NCBI GenBank assembly: GCA_005222975.1
Contig: NJBI01000048.1
Span: forward strand, 1 to 27,028
Reading direction: 5' to 3'
Length of the DNA: 27,028 nucleotides
Source of the DNA: Promethearchaeota archaeon Loki_b31
GTDB taxonomy: Archaea > Asgardarchaeota > Lokiarchaeia > Sigyniarchaeales > SOKP01
In this document: in pieces, positions 17,124-26,874 of the stretch
Layout of the letters: every line of letters begins with the position of its first letter
Position numbering within the stretch: the first letter of the stretch is position 1
Notes under the pieces: model-generated
What the model was told of the DNA's origin: nothing
What the model saw: only the letters and a program-made list of their open reading frames with translations
Database searches by the model: none
Position numbers and translations under genes: made by a program

Positions 17124-17155
17124 AATGTAGCATTGCTAGCATTTATATCTTTTTA
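17124..17155 (-). promoter_or_regulatory. Toxin-antitoxin promoter (TATA) with a palindromic operator candidate
   Basis: Minus strand AAAAAGATATAAAT, then near-palindrome AATGTAGCATTGCTAGCATT (17124-17143, + strand) just before ATG 17116. Confidence 0.6.
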
Positions 17156-17253
17156 TATCATTTCATAGTATTCCTTTTCTTTTTTCTGCTTGGAAGATCG
17201 TTAAGAACTCTTGGCTAAAATCTTGCTTAATAAATCTTTTGAATCTTTTTTTT

Positions 17254-18540
17254 CTATTTTCTGATTTTATTATCAGTCTTTTCTAGTGCTTCGTAAACCA
17301 AATTGTTAATTCTGAGATAATCAATTGGAAAAATCCAGTCGCTGTTTTCGGGACAATATTGTGTTAAGACTATTGAGATTACTTGATTCGTAGGATCTAT
17401 ATTAAAGAATGTATTAAACGCTCCACCCCAACTATAATCTCCAATTCCACTTCTTGACATATTTTCTGCTATTTTCACATGTACACCCAATCCAAATCCA
17501 TATCCTTCGTTTCTTTTTATCGCTTCATTATCTTCATATTTCATATACTGCATATCCAGAAAAGTGTTATTATTCGGTAATTGATTAGATGTCATCATCT
17601 CTATTGTTTCCTTAGATACAATTAGGTTATCTTTATTTCTTCCTCCATTTAGCATCATTATACAAAATTTCATGTAATCTTCCAATGTGGATAGCAATCC
17701 TCCCCCACCTGACAAGTACGGGATTCTATGTTTGAATCCTTCATAAATAGCCCCTTTTACTTCGATTAACTTGTCGTCTTGATTTTTTGTGTATACTTTT
17801 GTTAATCGCGTCCATTTTTCCTTAGGAACGTAAAAATCAGTATCATTTATACCTAGTTTATCAAAAATGTGTTCTTTAAAAAAAATATCTAATTTCTTTC
17901 CTGAAAGTACTTCAATTAGGAAACCCAAGATTTCATGACTGAAAGCATACCACCAATGTTTTCCTGGAGCGAAAGCAAGAGGGAGTGTGGCTAAACACTT
18001 ACTAAATTCATCTAACGGTGGCATCATGGGGAACATATCTAGTTTTGTTTTTAGCCTGTTTTCACCAGTAAAGCCGAATTTCTCTCCATATAGCTTGTCT
18101 ACTGGAAGTTCATCAGGATCGTCACCATAACTAAGTCCAGATGTATGAGTAAAAAGCTGTCTAATGGTTATTGGGTTCTTAATTTCTTCTAATTCAGTTT
18201 CACCAGTTTTATCATCATAAGATTTCAATACTTTAAGATTTTTAAACTCAGGAAGATATTTTTCAAGTGGATCATCTAATTCAAATTTCCCCTGTTCGTG
18301 AAGAATTAATGCAGCCAAACAAGTAATTGGTTTTGTCATCGAATATATTCGGAAGATATCATCAAAAGCGATTGGGATCTGATTTTCTTTATCTTTCCAA
18401 CCAAATTTATTACAATATACCAGTTTATCTCGATGATAAATTGCACAAAGAACGCAACCAGTTATGTTGTCATCTATATAAGTCTGAAATTCAAGTGATA
18501 GTTTTTTAAAAGCTGCAGGATTTATTTGTTTAATTTTCAT
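17254..18540 (-). CDS. Serine hydrolase, beta-lactamase class C / family VIII esterase-like
   Basis: FRIYSMTK (SxxK), LFTHTSGL, PLAFAPGKHWWY, SGGGGL and WGG motifs; no signal peptide. Confidence 0.92.
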   Translation of the reverse strand: MKIKQINPAAFKKLSLEFQTYIDDNITGCVLCAIYHRDKLVYCNKFGWKDKENQIPIAFDDIFRIYSMTKPITCLAALILHEQGKFELDDPLEKYLPEFKNLKVLKSYDDKTGETELEEIKNPITIRQLFTHTSGLSYGDDPDELPVDKLYGEKFGFTGENRLKTKLDMFPMMPPLDEFSKCLATLPLAFAPGKHWWYAFSHEILGFLIEVLSGKKLDIFFKEHIFDKLGINDTDFYVPKEKWTRLTKVYTKNQDDKLIEVKGAIYEGFKHRIPYLSGGGGLLSTLEDYMKFCIMMLNGGRNKDNLIVSKETIEMMTSNQLPNNNTFLDMQYMKYEDNEAIKRNEGYGFGLGVHVKIAENMSRSGIGDYSWGGAFNTFFNIDPTNQVISIVLTQYCPENSDWIFPIDYLRINNLVYEALEKTDNKIRK

Positions 18541-18693
18541 TAAAAGAAATAAGCTTTTCTGGTTTAAATTACTTTTTACGACGATTCAATTAAATACCAT
18601 TTTGAATAAATGCCAAAATCTATGCTAATTATTTTTACGTAATATCTTTTAAAGTAAGTTTGCTTTCTCTAATTCAGATAGGGAGGAATTATT

Positions 18694-19488
18694 ATGCCGT
18701 ATTTTGATAATGATGGAATAAAAATCTATTACGAAATAGAAGGAGAAGGTCCACCAGTAGTAATGAATCATGGATTTTCTGGAAATCTTGAACTTAAATG
18801 GAAAGAAACAAATTGGGTTGAAACTTTAAAACACAACTATAGGTTAATTCTTCTAGATTGCCGAGGCCATGGAAAAAGTGATAAACCTCATGGTGATTCT
18901 TATTATGGGCAAAAAATGACTGAGGACATTATTAAACTTATGGAACACCTATCTATTGAAAAAGCTAATTTTTTTGGTTACTCTATGGGCGCTCACATAA
19001 CATTTCGAATATTATTGACTAAACCTGAGATTATTATTTCTGCTATTCTTGGAGGATTTGTTTTAACTTTAAATGATAAACAAATATCAAAGGATATAGA
19101 AAGAATAAAAAGGATAATCGAAGCGTTTAGGGCAGAAAGAATCGATCAAGTTAAAAAGCCCATGGCTCGTGCATTCCGTATGGTCGCAGAATTAAGAGAA
19201 AATGATTTACTTGCTTTAGCTGCTGTACAGGCTGGCTGGCTTAAAGATTGGTATGAAACTATGACATCACCTGCCCAAATGAGAGGATCTCTTAAAAAGA
19301 TTAAAGTGCCTGTAATGACTGTTGTAGGTTCTACAGAGCTTCTCCCCGGAGATAAAACCTTAGTAGCTCAATTAGTTCCAGATGCGTGTCACTTTCAAAT
19401 CCAAGGGAAAGATCACTTAACAGCTACGAGTGATCCCAAATTTCATATGGTTGTCAAAGCGTTTCTGGATTTCGTTAATAATCAGTAG
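18694..19488 (+). CDS. Alpha/beta-fold hydrolase
   Basis: HGFSG oxyanion motif, DCRGHGKS, GYSMG nucleophile elbow, C-terminal DHL; SD GGGAGG at 18681-18686. Confidence 0.92.
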   Translation: MPYFDNDGIKIYYEIEGEGPPVVMNHGFSGNLELKWKETNWVETLKHNYRLILLDCRGHGKSDKPHGDSYYGQKMTEDIIKLMEHLSIEKANFFGYSMGAHITFRILLTKPEIIISAILGGFVLTLNDKQISKDIERIKRIIEAFRAERIDQVKKPMARAFRMVAELRENDLLALAAVQAGWLKDWYETMTSPAQMRGSLKKIKVPVMTVVGSTELLPGDKTLVAQLVPDACHFQIQGKDHLTATSDPKFHMVVKAFLDFVNNQ

Positions 19489-19528
19489 GTTGATTTATTT
19501 ATCTTTCTATTTTATATTAAATTTTAAA

Positions 19529-20533
19529 CTAGTTATTCAAATTGTTAGTGAATTTTAGTTTTGCGCTTTCAAAAAATTCGTATCCCTCCGAGAATGGGCA
19601 TACCTTTATACAAACTGAACAACCTAAAGTCTCACTAAAATAAGGAAAACACTTTTTTAAGTCAATACATGTGCTTCTTTTCCCTATCACTTTTTTTTCT
19701 TCCCAGATTGCACCAACTGGACATTCTATAACGCATTTATTACAAATTTTGCAATATTCTTCTATCCATTTGTGTTCTAAAGAGTCGGTAAATTCAAAAC
19801 TCTTATTTTCTATGTAAATTGGGGCTAATCTTAGGCGAGGGCCAAATTCTGGAGTAATTAACAACCCTTGACGACCTTGCCACCCCATTCCAGATTTTCC
19901 ACCTAAGGGCGGCGTTAAAGTTAAACCCCTAAGAGGATGGTTAGACTGACATCGAATTCCCTTAGTTCTTAGCCAATCAGCAATATCGTTGACAGCTATT
20001 CCCAATTTTGCGTAAATTCGCATTGCTTCTTTCCCGGCCGATACATTTGGAGCAGTATCAATCTTTTTTTTGTCCATCTCCATCATAAAGATAAGGACAT
20101 AGGGAAATAATACCAATTTATCTCTAAAAATTAGCTCCTTCGATAATTTAGTGAAACCGATTTTGACAATCCCCCATCTATCGCGAGAATATCGGTTTAA
20201 ATCCTCCCATAATTTAGGATTAATATTATCTTCTACATTTCGCGTAGGATCTTCTAAATAAGGATAAAGTACTTTGAAACTTTTTTTCACAGAAATCATT
20301 ATTTTAATTATGTAATTCCCGGCAACAACAGGTAAAGCCCTTACCATATTTTTTAACTGCTTTTTTTTTATTTTAAGGTTTATTTCTTTTTTTGCTCTTA
20401 ACTCAGCGATTATCGTAAATCCATCTTGCGGCGAATTTTCCGATGCTTTTAAGACGGAGACGCCAGATTCCAAAGCATCTTTAATGAATTTTTGTTCAAT
20501 TTTTAAATTAACACTTGATTTATTTCGAGGCAT
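19529..20533 (-). CDS. Reductive-dehalogenase-like corrinoid/2x[4Fe-4S] protein (RdhA/QueG superfamily), no TAT signal
   Basis: MEMD..I..AP...Y, GMGWQGRQGLLITPEFGPRLRL, CKICNKCVIECP and C-x9-CSVCIKVCPF. Confidence 0.8.
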   Translation of the reverse strand: MPRNKSSVNLKIEQKFIKDALESGVSVLKASENSPQDGFTIIAELRAKKEINLKIKKKQLKNMVRALPVVAGNYIIKIMISVKKSFKVLYPYLEDPTRNVEDNINPKLWEDLNRYSRDRWGIVKIGFTKLSKELIFRDKLVLFPYVLIFMMEMDKKKIDTAPNVSAGKEAMRIYAKLGIAVNDIADWLRTKGIRCQSNHPLRGLTLTPPLGGKSGMGWQGRQGLLITPEFGPRLRLAPIYIENKSFEFTDSLEHKWIEEYCKICNKCVIECPVGAIWEEKKVIGKRSTCIDLKKCFPYFSETLGCSVCIKVCPFSEGYEFFESAKLKFTNNLNN

Positions 20534-20604
20534 GTTAATACTCTAATTCATTAACTTTAATATAAAATTATACAAAAACAAATTGAAATTGATTAAGTAT
20601 TTCC

Positions 20605-21999
20605 TTATGACGATTCTTTTTGGACGAAGCTTAAGATAAAAATTCCTATTGCCATTATAATGGCTACAGAGATCATCGCCCATCCGTATGCCGCCTTGCC
20701 TATTACATCGTAAGTTAACATAACAGTGCCCCAAACAAATGGACCTATTGCTGAAGAGAGTTTTCCGCTTAACTTAGAAAAACCAAAAAATTCTCCGAAC
20801 TTTTCTTTAGGAGCAAGTTCTGTTACCATAATTCGTTGCGCTGTCCATGTTCCTCCTAAAGCTGGTCCGGCTACCATTCCCATAATAATACTAAACACAA
20901 AAGGGAGATTGGCACCAACCTCGATAGATGGTGTTGTAAATACTAATACAATCCCAATTGTTAATGCAACACCCCATAAGGCGCCTACCAGGTAAAATGT
21001 TTTCTTTGCGCCATATTTTTCACCAAACTTTCCAATAAAGTAAGTAAAGGCAACAGCAGAAAATGTCGAAATTATTATAAAAAGTATGGCATAAAATGTT
21101 GATGAAGTTCCCCCAGTTCCAATAATTAAACCATCAGTAACAAGTAGAGTCATATAAAGAACTATAACATTAGCAACATCAGCAACAAAGAAATAACCTA
21201 TAATAAAGATAAACATTGATTTATGTTTTCTAATATCTTTAAATGTACTACCTAGCTGCTTAAAAGTATTGCCGATTAATTTACCTATTGGGGGTCTTTT
21301 ACCCTTTTTCTGCTTTTCACGAACATAAAGAAATGGTATTGCACAAACTAAAAATAGAATCATGGGTAGAACAAATGTGAACCAATGACCTGTATAACCA
21401 TATACTACAGGTCCTTGTGAAGGATCAGTGTTCATATCATTTAATAAGCGTATTAAAGGCAACATGATTAAGAGAGAAATAATCGTACCAAAGTAGCCCC
21501 AAGCAACTCCAAATCCAGCAACCTTTCCAATATCTTCCCTTTTAGCAATAAATGGAAGCATTGCGTCATAGAACATTAAACTAAATTGATAAGCAACATT
21601 AGCAATGACAAAAAGCAGCAAAACAATCGTAAGATCATGGTAAAATCCAATTAAACTCGTAAAAAGAAGGATAATCCCTGTTAGGCTTATAACAAAAGGT
21701 TTACGCTTTCCTACATTATCACTCAGTGCTCCTAAAATAGGTATACATATAGCTACTGCTATCTGCATAATCAAGGCAACAACACCAAAGAGAAAACTAA
21801 CACTACCATAAGGCAGTCCATATTCTACTTGGCCTATCACCAGCACATAACGATTAATTATTAGGCTAACAATTACCATGGAATAAATCGTATTTGCCAA
21901 ATCGTACATAGCCCAAAAAAACACGTTACGCTTTGATGTTGTAGTTTCTACTTCTATTTCTTCGTTATTTATATCTAACGACATTTTAATCGTTTTCAT
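20605..21999 (-). CDS. MFS transporter, UMF1/Atg22-like
   Basis: WAMYDLAN, LGALSDNVGKRK, FYDAMLP, GWGYFG-like (AWGYFG), GEFFGFSKLSGKLSSAIGP; about 12 TM segments. Confidence 0.88.
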   Translation of the reverse strand: MKTIKMSLDINNEEIEVETTTSKRNVFFWAMYDLANTIYSMVIVSLIINRYVLVIGQVEYGLPYGSVSFLFGVVALIMQIAVAICIPILGALSDNVGKRKPFVISLTGIILLFTSLIGFYHDLTIVLLLFVIANVAYQFSLMFYDAMLPFIAKREDIGKVAGFGVAWGYFGTIISLLIMLPLIRLLNDMNTDPSQGPVVYGYTGHWFTFVLPMILFLVCAIPFLYVREKQKKGKRPPIGKLIGNTFKQLGSTFKDIRKHKSMFIFIIGYFFVADVANVIVLYMTLLVTDGLIIGTGGTSSTFYAILFIIISTFSAVAFTYFIGKFGEKYGAKKTFYLVGALWGVALTIGIVLVFTTPSIEVGANLPFVFSIIMGMVAGPALGGTWTAQRIMVTELAPKEKFGEFFGFSKLSGKLSSAIGPFVWGTVMLTYDVIGKAAYGWAMISVAIIMAIGIFILSFVQKESS

Positions 22000-22116
22000 A
22001 TAGGAAATTTTATTTAATAGCTTTTGTAATCCATTTTCTTATAAATTTTGTGTCATCTGAATTAATGTTCTTCAGATTCTATTAAAAAAAAATCAAATTA
22101 AGATTCTTATTTTTTT

Positions 22117-22701
22117 CTATAGAGGTTTAGCTAAAATTGCTTTTACTCTAAGATTCTTAAAATCGCTCGTTGGAGCAGGTTTAATTAAACATACAGTATC
22201 AGCGCCTCTACCAGTACCCGCAACTGCGATTATGTCTCTTTCAAGGTCGGGGATTAGTCCTGCATCGCAAATTGTAGCTGATATCTCTATGCAAACCTTA
22301 ACTCCCTGACTGAAGTGGTATCCTAACATTTTAGCTAATAAATCAACAAATTGCCAAGCCTCTTTTTTCAATCTTAATCCTCTTTCAATACCACTCATTG
22401 AATGCGTTCCAATATGAAATTTTAAGCCAAGTTCCTTAAGACTATTCAATTTTTCATCTGGAAATTCTTGTCTTGTTGTACTGTTTACAAAATAACAGGC
22501 ATGGGTCACAATCATTATGTTATAGTCTTTTGGGTTAAAAATTTCGGCAGCTTTTTCGGCGGTAGTTCCTGTGGTACTGGCGATAACGATATCCTTTATA
22601 CCAAATTGATCAGCGTATTTTTTCGCAATTTCTAAAGCTTTATGAGAATTCTGTGGTCCGCCCTTTTCAAAATACGTAATTTCTAAATTTAAATCTGCCA
22701 T
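22117..22701 (-). CDS. Pyruvate-kinase C-terminal alpha/beta-fold protein (COG1751-like)
   Basis: YFEKGGPQN, IVIASTTGTTA, SGIER, GVKVCIEI..DAG and AGTGRGADT motifs. Confidence 0.82.
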   Translation of the reverse strand: MADLNLEITYFEKGGPQNSHKALEIAKKYADQFGIKDIVIASTTGTTAEKAAEIFNPKDYNIMIVTHACYFVNSTTRQEFPDEKLNSLKELGLKFHIGTHSMSGIERGLRLKKEAWQFVDLLAKMLGYHFSQGVKVCIEISATICDAGLIPDLERDIIAVAGTGRGADTVCLIKPAPTSDFKNLRVKAILAKPL

Positions 22702-22839
22702 TTTTTAAGTAAACTCCTTTATTTATTTAGCTTATAGAAACAATTATATTTTATGTAATTATCTATTTTAAAATTCATGAATTGTTCTTTGAATTTTAAG
22801 ACAAATATTCAAAAAAAGAAAAATGTATTATAGAAATAG

Positions 22840-23637
22840 TTATTTAATTTTTTTAGCTTCCTCTATCCAATCTTCAATCATGTTTAATGTTGGAGGTCTT
22901 CTAAACATATCAGGTTTTTCTTTATCTAATTTCATTATGCGATCTAGAGTGTTATTAGGATTACGTTGAGCTAATTCTTTAACGGAATCAATTCCAATTT
23001 CATTAATCACTTCAGCGTATTCAGGACCTATGCCTCCAATTCTCATTAAATCAGCGTGTTCAGCCCACTTATCGATTAATTTTTCTGAAATCTTTGTTTT
23101 TTCTGCTAAGTTTTTAATTCCATCTCTGTCTAATCCTATTAAACTCTCAACGTCAAGAAATCCTGCTTTTTCCATAGTTATTCCATATTTTTTACCGATT
23201 CCCTCAATCTCAATAATCGGGGTTTCCTTAGGACTTGTCTTAGTTTTCTTCACATTATACATATCTTTTGCCGCATTAATCCAACCTTCAATATCTTCAA
23301 CTGTTGGTATTTTTCTAATAACATCAGGTTGCTTCTTGTCAAACTCAATAATTTTATCTAAAGTATTCTTAGGATTTCGATAGGCAAGTTCTCTTGTAGA
23401 ATCAATACCAATTTTATTTAAAACTTCTGAATATTCAGGTCCAACACCTTTAATTACCATTAATTCTGTTTGATCTTGCCATTTTTCAAGTAATTTTAAA
23501 GAAATACTTGTTGTTTTAGCAAGTTCTTTAATTTCGCTCCATTTTAACGGTATTAGGTCTTCAACATTTGCAATAGCAGCTTTTTCTAGTTTCTTTGCAT
23601 ATTTTTCTCCAACGCCTTCAATCTCAATAATTTTCAT
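22840..23637 (-). CDS. Tandem double DUF4332 (helix-hairpin-helix) protein
   Basis: Two repeats of about 125 aa, each IIEIEG.G.KY...W...LM.I.G.GPEY.EV...GIDS..ELA.RNP...PT...IE.WI..AK. Confidence 0.85.
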   Translation of the reverse strand: MKIIEIEGVGEKYAKKLEKAAIANVEDLIPLKWSEIKELAKTTSISLKLLEKWQDQTELMVIKGVGPEYSEVLNKIGIDSTRELAYRNPKNTLDKIIEFDKKQPDVIRKIPTVEDIEGWINAAKDMYNVKKTKTSPKETPIIEIEGIGKKYGITMEKAGFLDVESLIGLDRDGIKNLAEKTKISEKLIDKWAEHADLMRIGGIGPEYAEVINEIGIDSVKELAQRNPNNTLDRIMKLDKEKPDMFRRPPTLNMIEDWIEEAKKIK

Positions 23638-23942
23638 AGTTTTTCTTCTCTTTTTCTTAAATTAGTTTTTTAATATATGTAATATAAATATAAATTCCAT
23701 GTTTTAAAATATTATTTCATTTTTTATAAAAAGAGCATTTGACATTGATTGTTTGTAGGTTTTAACCAAATTAATTCTAAATAAACTTAGATGTAAGATA
23801 TGATATAATTGAATATCATTAGAAGAGAGTTTCAGAATTAACCTTTTAAGAGCTCTTTATTAACTTCAATTATGCATAATTTTAAATACGATATAATGTG
23901 ATCAAATTTAATTAAAATTTAATTAGAATTTAGGTATAAAAA

Positions 23943-25367
23943 ATGAGTGAAGAGAAATTATCTTTTAAAGAAAAAACCTTATTTGCCACGAGTAGCTTTC
24001 CTGATCAATTAACATATCAAGCATTTACTATATATGTTTTTACTTTTTATTTTGCTGTTGTAGGTCTAAGTATGTTGGAAATCTGGATTGGATTTGTTCT
24101 ATGGGGTGCGTGGAATATGGTTAATGATCCCCTCTTAGGTGCATTGAGTGAAAGAACTAAACAAAAAGGTAAGTTAGGAAAACGGAGATTCTATTTAATT
24201 ATCTCATTTCTCCCATTATCTTTAATGATGGTGCTATTATTTACGGTTCCTGCAAATTTTGAGTTTATTTACTTTATTCTTATAATTTTTGCGTTTGAAT
24301 TCTTTTATACAATGTTTTCAGTTAACACTAATGCGGTATTTCCTGAAATGTTTCCAACCGAAAAAGATAGAGCCGCAATTAATGTGTTCTTAAAGAGTTT
24401 TACAATGATTGCTGTAATTATTGCTTCTCTTGTTCCTACATTTGTGATATCTCCTTTAGTTCCGACACTTGATAAACTTGATCCAGGATACGCAGCCCAA
24501 GTCGCTAGTATTAAATCAATGTATATTATGGCGGGTATAATTTTGTTTGTGATTGTACTAATTATGGCAATTTTGTTTGTGTTCTTTTCTGTTCAAGAGA
24601 TAGACGAAGATACAACTGCGTTTGAAAAACGACCATCTTTTATTCAATCCTTGAAAACAACTTTTTCAAATAGAACTTTTATAAAATTTACTTTGGGAAA
24701 CATGCTTATTTGGTATTGCTTTAATGTTTTATTAACTGTATTCCCTTTATTTGCAGTTTATATTCTTGGACATGTCGAAGGATCTCTTATGATAGGCATT
24801 ACATTGATGATAACTTTACTTTCTGCTGCAATATTTATGCCAATACAGAGTAGGATTAGATCTAAAATTGGGACTCGAAAAGGATTGATGATAGGTTTAG
24901 GAATCTGGATAATAACCTTATTCCCATTAATTCTTTTATCAAATAATGAAGTGAGTCGAATATTAGCAATGGTTATATTTTTAACCATGGGTTTTGGTCT
25001 ATCATCAGCATTATTTTATATTGATTTAATTCATGGAGATATTATAGATGAGGATGCCCTTAAATTTGGTGTAAAAAGAGCCGCGAGTTATTACGGTGTT
25101 AATGCATTTATCCACCGGTTTTCAACGATTCTTGGCATTACAACTATAGCTATTATATTTTCAGGAACTGGTTGGAGTGAATATCTACCTAATATTACTG
25201 ACCCATCCTTACTCTTTTTGAGGGACTTTGGCTTGAAAGCATTAATTTTTGTGTTTCCCTCAATAGCGCTTGTAGGAGCGATTCTTTTCTTTAAATTTTA
25301 CGGTTTACATGGCGATAGACTTGAGAAAATGAGAGAAGAGTTACAAAAACATCCAGAATTAAAATAA
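23943..25367 (+). CDS. MFS transporter, glycoside-pentoside-hexuronide (MelB-like) family
   Basis: WNMVNDPLLGALSERT, GKRR, FPEMF, DIIDED..GVKRAASYYG; about 12 TM segments. Confidence 0.88.
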   Translation: MSEEKLSFKEKTLFATSSFPDQLTYQAFTIYVFTFYFAVVGLSMLEIWIGFVLWGAWNMVNDPLLGALSERTKQKGKLGKRRFYLIISFLPLSLMMVLLFTVPANFEFIYFILIIFAFEFFYTMFSVNTNAVFPEMFPTEKDRAAINVFLKSFTMIAVIIASLVPTFVISPLVPTLDKLDPGYAAQVASIKSMYIMAGIILFVIVLIMAILFVFFSVQEIDEDTTAFEKRPSFIQSLKTTFSNRTFIKFTLGNMLIWYCFNVLLTVFPLFAVYILGHVEGSLMIGITLMITLLSAAIFMPIQSRIRSKIGTRKGLMIGLGIWIITLFPLILLSNNEVSRILAMVIFLTMGFGLSSALFYIDLIHGDIIDEDALKFGVKRAASYYGVNAFIHRFSTILGITTIAIIFSGTGWSEYLPNITDPSLLFLRDFGLKALIFVFPSIALVGAILFFKFYGLHGDRLEKMREELQKHPELK

Positions 25368-25502
25368 TTATTCTCCTTTTTCTTTTTTTTCATATATTTT
25401 TAACCTAATCTTTATTTTTTGTAAACATCCATCAAAATACGATACTTGTAACTTTGTGTGATCAATTTATTGAATTCGAACAAAAAAAGGAAATTTTTAA
25501 TG

Positions 25503-25632
25503 ATTTTTGTCGGTGAAATGAATTTTAGAACAGAATTATTTAATGATTGAAATAGAACATAATCATTATCGAAAAGAGAAAAAACATCATAAATAAAACA
25601 ATAGACATTAGGCGTCATTTTTGTCGGGTGAA
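25503..25632. repeat. Dispersed direct repeat ATTTTTGTCGG(G)TGAA x2
   Basis: Copies at 25503-25517 and 25617-25632 in the intergenic region. Confidence 0.65.
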
Positions 25633-25711
25633 GATTAGTTTAAAAATATATGTTTTTTTTTATTTTTTCATATTTAATTTAATTTAAAATTAACTTCGAA
25701 CAATCTAAATA

Positions 25712-26869
25712 ATGAATAGTAAAGAAAGAGTATGGGCAGCGTTAAATCTCGAAGCCATAGATCGTATTCCAATCCACTCTGTAGCAGTTGATGGAGTCAT
25801 ATGTGATGAAGTGTTGGGAAAACCACCTAGAAGCGCATTTGATGTTTTTGATGAACTTGAACAACAATACCCTGACGACTGGGTCGACCGAGTCAATAGC
25901 ATCATGACGGAAATCGAAATAAATGTATTTTCACGAGCGATAGAAACTGCGGCTGCTATTGGTTACGATACATGCGGAGCCGGATATATACCCTTTAAGT
26001 TTAAAAGTAAAGAAGAAATGACCGATATATTTGGTCGAAAATATAAAATCATTAATCTCGACGGAAATATCTTTCCTTATTATGTTGACGGTCAGATTAA
26101 AAATCAAGAAGATTGGGACAATTTTCCTAAGCCTGACTTAAACGAACACTTTAGGCGAGCCAAAAAGTTTTTCAGAACAATTCAAAGACATAAAAAAAAG
26201 TTCCTGAACCCTGATTTTTGCATGATGGCTCAAGATGATTTCGCCAGCGTATTTCCTCCCGTATGGCAAGGAATGGGAATGAGCGCATTTGCAAGAGCTT
26301 TACGTAAAAATCCGAAATTAATTCAAGAAAGGTTTGAACAAACTACAGAATTTGTATTAGGCGTTTTTAAAGTTTACGCGGACTGTGGAGCGAAGATATT
26401 CTTCGAAGGTGGAGATATTGCATTTAAAAGTGGTCCACTAATTAATCCCAAATACATCGATAAATACATTTTACCTTGTATGAAACGAGTCACAGAAGCA
26501 GTACACGAGTGGGGAGGGAAAATTATCTTCCATTCGGACGGTGACATCACTTCACTGCTTGATTTCGTGCTTGAAGCCGGTTTTGATGGTTTGCATTGTC
26601 TTGAACCACCCTATGTAGATTTAGAATTAGTAAAAAAGAAAGTTGGCGATAAATTATGCCTTCTTGGCAATATTGACACGTCTCATATTCTAGTAAAAGG
26701 AACCAAGAAAGAAGTTGAAGATGCTGTGAAATACGCAATTAGAAAGCTTGGTCGTGGAGGAGGCTATATGTTATCTCCTTCTAATTCCCATCCAGATATG
26801 ACTTATCAAAATATTAAATGGATGATTGAAGCCACTAAGAAATATGGCGTCTATCCGTTGAAATTATAA
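25712..26869 (+). CDS. Uroporphyrinogen decarboxylase / MtbA-CmuA-fold protein
   Basis: MNSKERV..DRIP, GDIAFKSGPLINP, IFHSDGD, LLGNID, GGGYMLSPSNS. Confidence 0.88.
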   Translation: MNSKERVWAALNLEAIDRIPIHSVAVDGVICDEVLGKPPRSAFDVFDELEQQYPDDWVDRVNSIMTEIEINVFSRAIETAAAIGYDTCGAGYIPFKFKSKEEMTDIFGRKYKIINLDGNIFPYYVDGQIKNQEDWDNFPKPDLNEHFRRAKKFFRTIQRHKKKFLNPDFCMMAQDDFASVFPPVWQGMGMSAFARALRKNPKLIQERFEQTTEFVLGVFKVYADCGAKIFFEGGDIAFKSGPLINPKYIDKYILPCMKRVTEAVHEWGGKIIFHSDGDITSLLDFVLEAGFDGLHCLEPPYVDLELVKKKVGDKLCLLGNIDTSHILVKGTKKEVEDAVKYAIRKLGRGGGYMLSPSNSHPDMTYQNIKWMIEATKKYGVYPLKL

Positions 26870-26874
26870 ATATT

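Noticed and set aside
17254-18540. Antibiotic-resistance beta-lactamase
   Set aside because: No signal peptide, no YxN or KTG motif; the WGG motif fits family VIII esterases.
18327-26738. Short ORFs 18327, 20543, 20726, 23030, 24758, 25412, 25705 and 26547
   Set aside because: Shadow or low-complexity frames without coding features.
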